DNA from: Chrysemys picta bellii
Taxonomy: Eukaryota
NCBI RefSeq assembly: GCF_011386835.1
Contig: NC_088791.1
Span: forward strand, 351,354,001 to 351,418,000
Reading direction: 5' to 3'
DNA: 64,000 bases
Made by a program: the position numbers and the translations under genes. Below the pieces are notes generated by a model. The model did not search any database and was not told the origin of the DNA. It was given only the letters and a program-made list of their open reading frames with translations. Each line of letters begins with the position of its first letter. Within the stretch, counting starts at the first letter, position 1. This document shows positions 40,091-52,294 of the stretch, piece after piece.

Positions 40091-42230
40091 ATGAAGGGCA
40101 AAGGGGTCCAGGAGAGCTGGCTGTATTTTAAAGAATCCTTATTGCGGTTGCAGGAACAAACCATCCTGATGTGTAGAAAGAATAGTAAATATGTCAGGAG
40201 ACCAGCTTGGCTAAACAGTGAAATCCTTGCTGATCTTAAATGCAAAAAAGAAGCTTACAAGAAGTGGAAGATTGGACAAATGACCAGGGAGGAGTATAAA
40301 AATATTGCTCAGGCATGCAGGAGTGAAATCAGGAAGGCCAAATCACACTTGGAGTTGCAAGAGATGTTAAGAATAACAAGAAGGATTTCTTCAGGTATGT
40401 TAGCAACAAGAAGAAAGTCAAGGAAAGTGTGGGCCCCTTACTGAATGAGGGAGGCAACCTAGTGACAGAGGATGTGGAAAAAACTAATGTACTCAATGAT
40501 TTTTTTGCCTCTGTCTTCATGAACAAGGTCAGCTCCCAGACTGCTGCACTGGGCAGTACAGTATGGGGAGAAGGTGACCAGCCCTCTGTGGAGAAAGAAG
40601 TGTTTCGGGACTATTTAGAAAAACTGGACGTGCACAAGTCCATGGGGCCAGATGCGCTGCATCCAAGGGTGCTAAAGGAGTTGGCGGATGTGATTGCAGA
40701 GCCATTAGTCATTATTTTTGAAAACTCATGGCAATTGGGGGAGGTCCTGGATGACTGGAAAAAGGCTAATGTAGTGCCCATCTTTAAAAAAGGGAAGAAG
40801 GAGGATCCAGGGAACTACAGGCCAGTCAGTCTCACTTCAGTCCCTGGAAAAATCATGGAGCAGGTCCTCAAGGAATCAATTATGAAACACTTAGAGGAGA
40901 GGAAAGTGATCAGGAACAGTCAGCATGGATTCACCAAGGGGAAGTTTGCCTGAGTAACCTAATTGCCTTCTATGATGAGATAACTGGCTCTGTGGATGAG
41001 GGGAAAGCAGTGGATGTGTTATTCCTTGACTTTAGTAAAGCTTCTGATACGGTCTCCCACAGTATTCTTGCTGCCAAGTTAAAGAAGTATGGGCTGGATG
41101 AATGGACTGTAAGGTGGATAGAAAGCTGGCTAGATCATCGGGCTCAATGAGTAGTGATCAATGGCTCCATGTCTAGTTGGCAACCGGTTTCAAGCGGAGT
41201 GCCCCAAGGGTCGGTCCTGGGGCCGATTTTGTTTAATATCTTTATTAATGATCTGGAGGATGGTGTGGACTGCACTCTCAGCAAGTTTGCAGATGACACT
41301 AAACTGCGAGGCGTGGTAGATACACTAGAGGGTAGAGATCGGATATAAAGGGACCTAGACAAATTAGAGGATTGGGCCAGAAAAAACCTGATGAGGTTCA
41401 ACAAGGACAAGTGCAGAGTCCTGCACTTAGGACAGAAGAATCCCATGCACTGCTACAGACTAGGGACCGAATGGCTAGGTAGCAGTTCTGCAGAAAAGTA
41501 CCTAGGGGTCACAGTGGACGAGAAGCTGAATATGAGTCAACAGTGTGCTCTTGTTGCCAAGAAGGCTAACGGCATTTTGGGCTGTATAAGTAGGGGCATT
41601 GCCAGCAGATCGAGGAACGTGATCGTTCCCCTTTATTCAACATTGGTGAGGCCTCATCTGGAATACTGTGTCCAGTTTTGGGCCCCACACTACAAGAGGG
41701 ATGTGGAAAAATTGGAAAGAGTCCAGCGGAGGGCAACAAAAATGATTAGGGGGCTGGAGCACATGATTTATGAGGAGAGGCTGAGGGAACTGGGATTGTT
41801 TAGTCTCCAGAAGAGAAGAAGGAGGGGGAATTTGATAGCTGCTTTCAACTACCTGAAGGACGGTTCCAAATAGGATGAGGCTCGGCTGTTCTCAGTGGTG
41901 GCAGATGACAGAACAAGGAGCAATGGTTTCAAGTTGCAGTGGGGGAGGTCTAGGCTGGATATTAGGAAACACTATTTCACTAGGAGGGTGGTGAAGCACT
42001 GGAATGTGTTACCTAGGGAGGTGGTGGAATCTCCTTCCTTGGAGGTTTTTAAGCCCCGGCTTGACAAAGCCCTGGCTGGGATGATTTAGTTGGGAATTGG
42101 TCCTGCTTTGAGCAGGGGGTTGGACTAGATGACCTCCTGAGGTCCCTTCCAACCCTGATATTCTATGATTCTATGATTTTAATCCATCCGGGAGGACAAC
42201 ACTCTGCAAGGAGTTTCCCTGCGAACATGG

Positions 42231-42765
42231 TGTTACCCGGGGTTCTTTCAATCCAAAGCTCTTGGTAACTTTTACTCTGTGCAAGATGGTGTCAGGAAAT
42301 AAATGAGGGGACACCCGGCTGTCGGACCGATAGATGGCTGGCACAAACAGGGCAACACCAGAGTGCGTTCACTTAAAGCTAAACTTTACTTAGTCTCAAG
42401 CACTTACACACGTCCGCAACCGGTTAGTAAAACACCCCCAACAGAAGCTGTGTGTGGCTCTTGAGTAGCACAGAGACAGGCTTCCATTGGCCAAACTTCC
42501 GTCTGCCGGTGGGGACCCCAAGATGCATCCAGATTGAGAGTTCCTGAAGAAACTGTCCCGAAGGGTCCAACTAATTCAAACTTTTGAAGCAGTTTGTATA
42601 CATATATACATGACCTTTCTGTGACACCCAAATCCCCTCCCCTCCTGCCTTGGTTAAGATAAGGCTGCTGCATGGCCAATTTACAGTCTGCTGATTTGGC
42701 TGGTTTTAGCAATAAGCAATAGTGGTTTATGGCAGTTTACTGGTTTGCCATAACCTCACCATACA
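42231..42765. mobile_element. Probable solo LTR, ~535 bp
   Basis: TG...CA insertion absent from the paralog near 53275; imperfect TSD. Confidence 0.55.
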
Positions 42766-42886
42766 ATAGGGGGTCTGTTTCTGTTCCTTAGCTGTCTTAC
42801 ATACCTGGGCAGCGTTCCTCTGGGCAGACTCACTGACTCCTTAGACTCCTTTTTTTGGTCCAGCCGGATTGGTCCAGCAGTGTCCC

Positions 42887-43659
42887 TGTCATAAATATAC
42901 AACTAAGGGTAGCATAAAGTCCCTCCTGAGCAGCTGTACTGAATCCTTACCTATAAGGGGTTAAGAAGCTCAAATAACCTGGTTGGCACCTGACCAAAAG
43001 GACCAACAAGGAAAGAAGTTACTTTCAAATCTGGGGGTGGGGGAGGTTTTGTTTGTGCTCTCTTTGTTGTTCCCTCTCTGGATGGAGAGAGAGATCAGGC
43101 AGGAAAAACATCTCCTGAAAACATACCTAAAATGAGCATCTAAGATTACAAAAATTGTAAGTAATAGCAAGGAAATGCATTAGATTATCTTTTGTTTTAG
43201 CTTGTGAATTTCCCCTATGCTAAGAGGGAGTTTTATTCCTGGTGTTTTTTTTTTTTTAACTTTGAAGCTGAGCCTAGAGGGGAATCCTCTGTGTTTAAAA
43301 TCTTTTTATTACCCTGTAAAATTACCTTCCATCCTGATTTTGCAGGTGTGATTCTTTCCCTTTTTCTTTAAGAACCTGATTGATTTTCAGTGTCCTAGAG
43401 ACAAAGGGTCTGGTTGGTACTCACATTATTCTCAAGCCTCCCCAGGAAATGGGGTAAAGGGGCTTGGGAGAATATTTTGGGGAACTAGGGACTCCAAGAG
43501 ACCCTTTTGGTGGTGGCAGTAATACTGTCCAAGGACAAGGAAAGGATTTGTGCCTTGGGGAAGTTTTTACCTAAGCTGGTAGAAATAAGCTTAGGGGTTC
43601 TTTCATGCGGGTCCCCACATCTGTACCCCAGAGTTCAGAGTGGGGAGGGAACCCTGACA
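42887..43659. mobile_element. Solo LTR, 773 bp
   Basis: TGTCA...TGACA; TSD GTCCC; empty site near 53392. A related 5'-deleted copy lies at ~32872-33562. Confidence 0.85.
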
Positions 43660-43727
43660 GTCCCCATCCTGCTCCCAAGCTTAAACCTTTCACACACATG
43701 CCCATTTCCCTTTCCCCGTTTTGTCCC

Positions 43728-44726
43728 TGTCAAGGCTGTTTCCTCACTTGGACACTTTGAGTGCAGTAGGTGGGGGCCCGCAAAAGACCTTAAAAGTACT
43801 TGCCACCTATGACTTGCATTAAAACTCCCCAAGATTACAGATTCCCTGGCCTTAGACTGTTATTGCTGCCACCACCCAAAATGCAAAAACCTCCTTGAGA
43901 ACCCAGGAAGTCGCATTTGGTAATTCCTTCCTGTGAGGTACCCTCAAGCTCTTTTAACCTCCCGCCCCCATCTCCGGAGAGATCTTGGGGGAAAAAAGTG
44001 CTGTTGATACCAACTGAGAAGTATGGAACTTTATTTCCTCTCAGTCATTTGTCTGAGCAGTCTTAGACACGTGCACACAGAACCTCCACTTTCTAGGACA
44101 CAGGGATCAGATCATGTTCTTAAAAGAGTGATTTTTATGAAACAAAGAGAAAACAGATCTGGCAAAACATTGCTTGGTTGCTAGGTGTTATAGCGCAATT
44201 AAAAAAAAATTAAAAACACAGAGTGTTGCTTCCCTGGGATTCAGCTTGTAAATTTATGGTACAAGGGGGAAGTTACAAGTGCTCAGCACAGAGAATCCAA
44301 CAAACTAAAAATAAAGAAATAACCTGATCGCGTCTGACAAAACATTCCCTCTTCTACTCACATATCTGTAGTTCAAGGTTTAGTCCTTTCCTAGGCATGG
44401 ATGTCGCTGGATTCTCCATGCCTGGCCATTCATCTCCTTCCAGCAGCCTTCCCTCCCAAACACAACAGGAACAACAGGAAAAGAAAGGGCTGCTGCTGCC
44501 AATTGAAAATCAAAGGTTTGTTTTCATTGGCTCTCCTGGCCTCCTGCCAACTCACTGCCTGCTTCTTTAAGCATTCCTGGGAGTCTGGGACTCTGTGATT
44601 TTAACCTTTACAGGCAAGGCAACTAATACTTAGGTCTAAAGAGTGAACAACTACTGAGAAAGATTCCAGCTAAGTGAATGGCTGGAACATCCAGAAAATG
44701 GTGTTCCCCGCCCCCCATTCACCACA
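43728..44726. mobile_element. Solo LTR, ~1 kb, related to 42887-43659 but in the opposite orientation
   Basis: Starts TGTCAAGG, ends CA; TSD GTCCC at 43723-43727 and 44727-44731; empty site near 53457. Confidence 0.78.
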
Positions 44727-45498
44727 GTCCCAAAGAGTAGATTCCCAATCCCAGGCAGTTAGTGCCCAGAGGGCTCTGCCCACCTCTCTGGGATTTCAAA
44801 TGTCCCAGATAATCCCTTGAGGAGAAGCTTCTGGCTGCAGAGATTCCCATATTGACACTGCCAAACTTGATACAAAAAGTCTCGAAAGATTTGAGGCCAC
44901 AGAGCAGACCAACGCCATGGAGCAGACTGATGTGTGACAAAGCCTGGAAATGTTGCTACTAACAGTCTTCACAGCAGGTACTAACATCCACTGTCTGCTG
45001 TTTGTACTTGGGTGGCTTAGGTAAGCCCTCAGGTAGCTCAATTTGGGTGTGTGGCGCCATCTGCTGTTGTGTTGGGTGATAACAGGGTCTGGAGAGGCTG
45101 AATCACCAGCAAACAAGTGTGGAAAAGGTGGGGTGATTAGAGAGACATAGGTGGGTGATTAGAGGGACACAGCAGTTTCCACAGCTCCCAGACTGCACCC
45201 CAGGGGTGACAACCCATCACACTCATACCCTTTGGAGCCCAAATTAGGTCCCCAGGCACCTGTGATGCAAGCATAGGGCAGGGACTGTATCCAGAACAAA
45301 AGATCCAGATATAGCAGTTGTTTGATTCCTTTACCACTGTGTTCTCCCCCGAGCAGGGCATCACAACGTAAAACAGCACAGTGAGAGGAGAAGTCCCATT
45401 GTACTAATTCTGACACAGGGTAGCACAGCCACTTTTCTGCATCAATTTCTGAAAGATCAACACAATATTGAAATTTCATGATTACCCTATGCAGAGAG

Positions 45499-45632
45499 TA
45501 TCAGAGGGTTAGCCGTGTTAGTCTGAATCTGTAAAAAGTCACTTGCATCTGAAGAAGTGAGGTTCTTACCCACGAAAGCTTATGCTCCCAATACTTCTGT
45601 TAGTCTTAAAGGTGCCACAGGACCCTCTGTTG
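45499..45632 (+). mobile_element. PLE tail mini-element with short inverted 5' arm
   Basis: 14-bp TSD CCCTATGCAGAGAG at 45485-45498 and 45633-45646; empty sites near 54445, 660 and 31320. Confidence 0.88.
45545..45585 (+). ncRNA. Minimal hammerhead motif, canonical core with a stem II mismatch
   Basis: GCAU-CUGAAGA-A-GUGAG(GUUCUUA)CCCAC-GAAA-GCUU-AUGC. Confidence 0.62.
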
Positions 45633-47284
45633 CCCTATGCAGAGAGGAGATGAAATATTAGAACAGTTTGAGCCTCCATATATATAGCCATTTTAAACCT
45701 CACAAAGGGATATTGACAAATCCCTTTGATGCAAGTATCCTGGGAGAAGAAAGCCTTTTCCACACCCTATGGCTGGCATTAATTAAGAATCACTTCATTT
45801 GCCCTTCACAGAGTGGCATTGACTTTGCAGAGGCTAATGCTCTGTATATTACAACTGCATGGGCAGTACGCAGCAGTATGCTGCTACGATCAATTGAAAA
45901 TGGTTTTTGGTTCCGTGTCTTATGGCAGTATAGCCACACACAGTGCAGATGGCAGTACATTACACACAGGAAAAAAAAAAAACATTGTCAATTGCTAGGC
46001 TGAACAACAGTGTGCAAGTCTCAGTTTGCCCTGACAATCTTCAGCCCCTGATATCGGCAGATCATTTCTTCACTCCCAGGGGAGGCTCTCAAGCTGAAGT
46101 TCTCCAGGGTCTATTTCATGCTCATCCCACTGCTCACGGAGCCAAGGGAGTTTTCCAGGAATCCTGGCCAACCTGAGAGTCTGCAGGGACTGTACAGGGG
46201 AATCATAAAGATCACTGCTCAACACGTCGAATAGATTTCTTCTTTTGGCTGAGCGAGATTATGGTGAGTTGCCTGTTTCTGCACTAAAGTTAGTGCTAAG
46301 GGCTCAGGAAGGGTTCCAGGGTACAAGTCAAGAACCATCTGGGCAGGAATTCAGCAGCACGGTGATGTGAACTGTTTAGTATTGTTAGAAACACCAAAGG
46401 ATTTACCTGATAACATTGAAACTACAAATATACTGGGAATAGTTTAGACAAATAATTGTTTTTAAGAAAATTCCTTGTCTCTTACTTTGTCCCTCTATCT
46501 GTCTCAGTAGTTTCCTTTTTTGGCCAGTGTGATTTTTCTCTGGTTCATTAATTTTCTCCAATTCAGCGACTTCCCTGACCTATTAGGAAGTGCAGCCAAA
46601 GTCTCTGCAGTGGGTATCTGTGTTACCAGAGGGTTCACAACAAGAATGGGTCACACACTGGCCAGATTCTGCTCTCTCATTCGACCATCACTGGGTCACT
46701 CCAGATTGACACTGGCCTCCCTGAGAGCCAAATCAGGGCCCATGTGTTTTGGAATCCCCATCTTTCATGCCTGGTCTCAGAACACCACATAAACTGGGGG
46801 TTTCCTTCACAATCTTTCAGCGCTCTCACAGAAGTGCTCTCTGTAGCAGAACCCAAACAAGTGATTTTTGCAGCTTGTAGCCAAAAGTTAAAAACTCAGG
46901 GTGAATCTCGTCCCATTGAGATCTAATGGGCTGCAATACATTAAAGCTTTGTTTCGCTTTGAGGAGGAGTTACTCATGCTGGCTCCTTTTAGTCTCCATG
47001 TCCTCTGTCCCTCCCACCGGGTCTTTCCCTCTCTCCTTCCCTGCATAGGCTGAGCCACCGCTGGGGTTCCCTTTGAAAGAAAAGCAGTTCAGGCTGATAT
47101 CCCCTTTTCCCCGGTGCAGGCAGACACTGAGTTTAACCTCATCTGAGGAGGTATTTCTGTGAGCTGTTGCTGTGGGGTCTGGCACCTGAGTGAGGGGTAT
47201 TGCAGTGTGGCAGGGATGGAAGTTGCACAGGGTGGGGACCTGCCCTGTCAGGTCACAGAATTGCAGCCTGGGTGTCACCACCTG

Positions 47285-47735
47285 GACATTATATAACAGA
47301 TTTAAAAGTGGCCAGACTTGAACAAAAAAACTTCAGAACCAGACTTCAAAGAGAAACGGCAGAACTAAAATTCATTTGCAAATATTATGCCATTAATTTG
47401 GGCTTCAATAGGGACTTAGAGTGGCTGGCTTATTACAGAAGCAACTTTTCCTGTCCTGGATTTGACACCTCCTCATCTATTATTGGGAGTGGACTACATC
47501 CATCCTGATCGAATTGGACTTGTCAACACTGGTTTTCCACTTGTGAGGTAGCTCCCTTCTCTTCATGTGTCAGTATAACAATGCCTGCATCTGTAATTCT
47601 CACTCCATGCATCTGAAGAAGTGGGTTTTTTACCCACAAAAGCTTATGCCTGTATAAATCTGTTAGTCTTTAAGATGTCACTGGACTCCTTGTTGCTTTT
47701 GTGGATACCGACTAACACGGCTACCCCCGGAGGTT
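47285..47735 (+). mobile_element. Older Penelope-like 3' fragment
   Basis: Encodes ITDLKVARLEQKNFRTRLQRETAELKFIC (GIY-YIG C-terminus), followed by a diverged tail ending gactaacacggctacccc. Confidence 0.85.
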
Positions 47736-47784
47736 TGTCAAATTTAACTATTTGTTATAATTGTTATAAAGTGTGTAATCCCCT

Positions 47785-47808
47785 TGCTGTGCTTCTCTCC
47801 CTTCACAG
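47785..47808 (+). promoter_or_regulatory. Putative 5'UTR-intron splice acceptor of OR D; equivalents at 11722-11745 (-) and 27191-27214 (-)
   Basis: Pyrimidine tract + YAG exactly 44 nt before the ATG in all three OR52 paralogs. Confidence 0.6.
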
Positions 47809-47852
47809 GAACCTTGATAGTTTCTGACCCTGATCATCTCATCGACCACCTC

Positions 47853-48809
47853 ATGGCAGCTTTCAACCTCACCCCCTCTGACCCTTCAACATTCACCTTA
47901 ATGGGCATCCCTGGGCTAGAAGCTGCTCACATCTGGATTTCCATCCCTTTCTCTATGTTCTTTGTAATTGGCCTGTTGGGAAATTTCATGCTTCTTTTTG
48001 TTGTAAGCAAAGAACAGACCCTGCACAAGCCGATGTACCTGCTACTCTGCATGCTGGCACTCACAGACATTGGCACCTCTACCTCCGTCGTGCCGAAGGC
48101 ACTGTGTATATTTTGGTTCAATTTGAAAGGCATTTCTCTGGGTGGCTGCCTCACCCAGATGTTCTTCCTTCATGCGGTTTCTAATATGCAATCAGCCGTC
48201 CTCGTGACAATGGCCTTTGATCGCTATGTAGCCATATGTAACCCTCTGAGATACGCCACCATCCTCACCAATGCACGAATAGCTAAACTAGGGCTCTTCG
48301 GTTTGATAAGAGCTGTTCTCTTCATTCTGCCCCTGCCCCTGCTCCTGAGCAGGCAGCCATTCTGTAACAACCGCATTATCCCCCACACGTACTGCGACCA
48401 CATGGCTGTGGTGAAGATGTCGTGTGGGGACACCACAGTCAGCAGATTGTACGGCTTGGTGATAGCGGTTGTAGTCAACGGATTAGACCTGATGCTCATT
48501 GCCTTGTCATATGGTCTGATCCTCAGGGCCGTCCTCAGAATCTCCTCCAAGAAAGCCCATGAGAAAGCCCTCAACACCTGCACAGCCCACATCTGTGTGA
48601 TGTTGATGTCTTATCCTCCCTTCTTCTTTTCCACTCTGACACATAGGTTCAGTCAGGGCATCACTCCCCACATTCATATTATCTTGGCCAACCTCTATTT
48701 CCTCCTCCCCAACATGCTGAACCCTATCATTTACGGGGTCAAAAACAAAGAACTTCGTGAGAAAGTGGTCAAATGCACTTCCAGAATGTGTTCTCTCTGG
48801 GGCCACTGA
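47853..48809 (+). CDS. Class I olfactory receptor, OR52-like (copy D, in the inverted block), intact, 318 aa from MAAFNLT
   Basis: OR motifs as above; THRFS; PNMLNPIIYG; C-terminus runs a few residues longer (SRMCSLWGH). ATG at 47853; the track start at 47784 is non-ATG. Confidence 0.95.
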   Translation: MAAFNLTPSDPSTFTLMGIPGLEAAHIWISIPFSMFFVIGLLGNFMLLFVVSKEQTLHKPMYLLLCMLALTDIGTSTSVVPKALCIFWFNLKGISLGGCLTQMFFLHAVSNMQSAVLVTMAFDRYVAICNPLRYATILTNARIAKLGLFGLIRAVLFILPLPLLLSRQPFCNNRIIPHTYCDHMAVVKMSCGDTTVSRLYGLVIAVVVNGLDLMLIALSYGLILRAVLRISSKKAHEKALNTCTAHICVMLMSYPPFFFSTLTHRFSQGITPHIHIILANLYFLLPNMLNPIIYGVKNKELREKVVKCTSRMCSLWGH

Positions 48810-49094
48810 CATTAAACCTTCCTGACTGGATGGGGAAATGATATCTCCTTGTTAATCACAGGTGCTCTCTCCTAGTTTGGCTTAACTCACCATTGTAGAA
48901 GTTCACTGTACAAGAAATTCCACATACCTAATATCTTATCATTCCATCTCCAAGCTCTGCTCTCTCCATTGCTGAGTTCCCTCTCTCTGACCATCACCTG
49001 ACCTCTTTCAGTATCCCCATCAGCCCCCAACCCGCACACACCCTGTCGCTTGGCCTTTCCATGACTTCCAGACCACCAAAAGATATTGCAGCTT

Positions 49095-50110
49095 TCTGGT
49101 GCAAGGTGGCTTGTATTAATCCCTGTGTGAACAGGTTTCTTGATCAGTTTGACAAACTAAAGCTGCGCTTTTACAAAGCCAAAGACAAAGAAAGAAACAA
49201 CAATGCTGAACTTCTTTTTCATAGGTGCAGTGATCCGGTGAGTAAAATTTACCTTCTAGAGCTTATTGGTGAGAGTTGTGAAACCATGTATTTTTGAGAA
49301 CGGGACTGCTATATTAAACTACAACCAAAACCATTGAGTCGCTTTCCAGTTGGAACTCTCAAAACAGACACTAACAGTTCACATTGTCGAAGATGTTAAA
49401 ATAGGTGTCGAGATTTCATGTTGGAGTTTTGAAACAGATGAAACAGAGATAGCCACCAAATGTCAAAGTGATTGGATCGCTTGCAGTATTAAGTCCTTCT
49501 ACTGCACTCAGCTCGGCACAACCTACATTGGCTGATATCTCATTTTTGCCATTGGTTTGTGGAGACTTTGGACAGTTGGAGCAGCAATGGAGAGATTTGC
49601 CTATGGGTCACTGGCCTCATGCTCAGGAAAACCAAGTTGAGCAGTTAGAAGTTCTCTAACACACGGATTCTGCTGAGAACAAAATCTTTAGAGAACTTGG
49701 CTTGTTTGCTCTTTCATTCCTGTTGCTACCTTTTAGCAATGCTGCAGTTGAATGATTTTCTCAGATGAACTTGATAAAAACAAAATCATGCAAGAAGATG
49801 CAAGAGGAACTTTTAGAAAACATTCTTATTATGACACAAAATCTGTTGTGAACAGTTTGCATCAAAGAAAGAAATGATTGCAGTGGTCACTGCTGATGTA
49901 TAAGCAGCAGGAGGAGCATTCAACTCCCAATGAAGATAGCAAGGATGAAATGTTGCCTTTTAGAAATGAACAGCAAGAAACTAATTCATCTCAAAATATG
50001 GACATTGACTACCATCCCTGAATGCCATTAGAAAAAAATAACATAATAATGTGATTGTGGTTTTTACCCTACATATGTTTTGGGCTTCTTTGCGGTTATT
50101 TTTAATACTG
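49095..50110 (+). mobile_element. Decayed hAT transposase remnant 3' of OR copy D
   Basis: Reverse-complement paralog of 9250-10410. Confidence 0.72.
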
Positions 50111-52204
50111 TTTTTTTGAAACACCTGCCAACCCTCAATCGGGATACAAGTACCAGTACTGGGATTTTGATTTTGAATTTGATTATCATCTCATAGCTTT
50201 GTTGCTAATGTGCACCAGCTCCTGCTGGGGCTTGTAGCTTTAAAAAAAAAATCTGTCCTAGATATCTAATGAAATCTTTCATCTCTTTCTTGATGTATAG
50301 GCCAACATGTTGATTGAAAACCAAAACCAAAACTGTTTGCTTCAAGAAATAGATTGAGTTACTTTTGGGTTAGTTTTTAAATTTGGGCTCATAATGCAGT
50401 CAAAATCTGGCAATTTTTCGAGCTGAGTTGGAGGCAGGGCAGCGGCAGCCAGAAACATAAGGGAAGCGAAGCAGCCCAGAAGGCAGAAGGGTGTACGTAG
50501 ACCTGATGGAAGGACAGATGCTGGGGAGAGGAGTACTGCAACCTAGAGCCGGAGGGAATGTGACCACCACCAGAACAGCTGCCTTACTTGCGGTATCAGG
50601 CAGAGAAGCCACGGCCTGGGTTGGAGGCATGGGACATGTGAGGAACAAACTGGGAAAATTTCTTACATCTGCTGTTCGTGGTGTTCCCCGTGCCCACAGA
50701 GTGGGGTTCCTTGTTTCTTGAACATTTTTCATGTTTTTTTTTTAACAATTACCGTTTAGTAAATTATATTTGGTTTGAACTTAATGTAGTGATCAGTGGG
50801 TCACAGAAGCATTTGGTGTGAAGAGGGTACCCTGCAGTGGGGCCACCCTAGCACCTGTCCTAAGTGACCACGATGAGACTGGAGGTTCAGCCTGCCAGGA
50901 ATCCTGGGCCCAGCCATGTCACCATTACGAGGAATCTGCTACACAGGAGAGTGTAAGGGGAGTCCTTGAGGTGAGGCAGGTCTCTGGGTAAAGGGAATTG
51001 GAGTGGGGACTCAAACCCTTTCACTAGCCAATTCTCCTGGGTGCTGCAGAAACCAGGAAAGTTTCCCACAACAGCAGGACCATTGCCCTACGTACAGTAG
51101 GGAATGGGACAAACTGGATTTTGGGCTGGATTTTAGTGACTTGTGAAATATCATATACATGAAAAAAATCTGAAATGTGTAACTTTGGGGAGCACACTGT
51201 CTGAGTAAGGTGAATGTAACATCACTGCACGCAGCTGGCTGCCCTGACTCAGGCAGATATGGGCAGCCTGAGTCATGGCTTACCATGGCTGTAGAGGAGC
51301 TGGAGTGAGCTGTTACCAATGGCCCTGAGTACTGAGAGAAGCCCATCCCCTGCCACAAGTTCCCCCCACCACAGTGGCCACTTCAGCCCAGCAGGACCCC
51401 TGGCTGTGGAGGGAATGCAGCCTCATGGTGATGGGGACCATTTTGGTGAGATGCCATCTCCCGCAGCCACACATGGCTCTGGTCTTTACACCCCTCAGCT
51501 CCCTTGGTGCCAGACAACACCCCCTTTACATCGTATTTAGGACCATAGTTCCCTGAGAGTCATGATCCCATGGCAGGGTTTCTTGGTCACCGCATGTTCC
51601 AGGAGAAATCACTTCAGCAGCCCATTTTGCTTCCTTCTCCAGTGTGAGCTCGACTCAGGGCACTTGGAATCCCACTGCTGAGTCCATGAAGTGGTGGCCA
51701 GCATGGGCCATGGTGGGGTTAACACACATCTGTGGCATGGTGGTACATCACCCATGGCACAGTCTATGGGCCAGCCCTCCCTCCATGCCCATGTACAGCA
51801 CCAATCTGGGAGCCAACTGTCCTGTCACCCCACTTAAAATAAGACATCCATAGAGATGCTGAAGGAGAGCACACAGTCTGGTAAACTCACCAGCCCCCTA
51901 AAGAGATGGGCAGAGGTGGGAGGGATTAGATGGGTCACGCTGACTGCTCTGGGAAAGCAATGACTGAAGTAGGTTCCCACACACACACACTATTAAAGCA
52001 TTCAGGGTTTTGTACTTGAGGTGGTTGCTGAGTTGGGAATCACTCTGCACAGAGGGATCAGCTGGTTCTGTGCTTCTCCTGTTCTCCACCAGGTTGGGCT
52101 GACGTAGAGATTAGATTTTTTTGCCCAGACTTTGATCTCCTGGGGCGGAATGAAAAAAATCCACTGCAATCCTGGACCCTTCTTAGGCTGAGTCACAGGT
52201 AAAT

Positions 52205-52294
52205 CATGCATCCAAAGAAGTGGGTATTTCACACAAAAGCTCATGCTTCTATATGTCTGTTAGTCTATGAGGTGCCACAGGATTCTTTGCTGCT
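52205..52294 (+). mobile_element. Degenerate PLE tail mini-element
   Basis: 8-bp TSD AGGTAAAT at 52197-52204 and 52295-52302; empty site near 37100. Confidence 0.75.

Larger units (their letters stand above)
37996..42178 (+). mobile_element. 5'-truncated CR1 LINE (ORF2 RT), split by the Penelope insertion
   Basis: [42 protein letters not shown]; several stops and frameshifts; TTCTATGA repeat tail at ~42161-42178. Confidence 0.93.

Noticed and set aside
47609-47649. Additional active hammerheads (also 52208-52246 and 11969-12004)
   Set aside because: The core GAAA is mutated to AAAA, or the stem I partner is missing.
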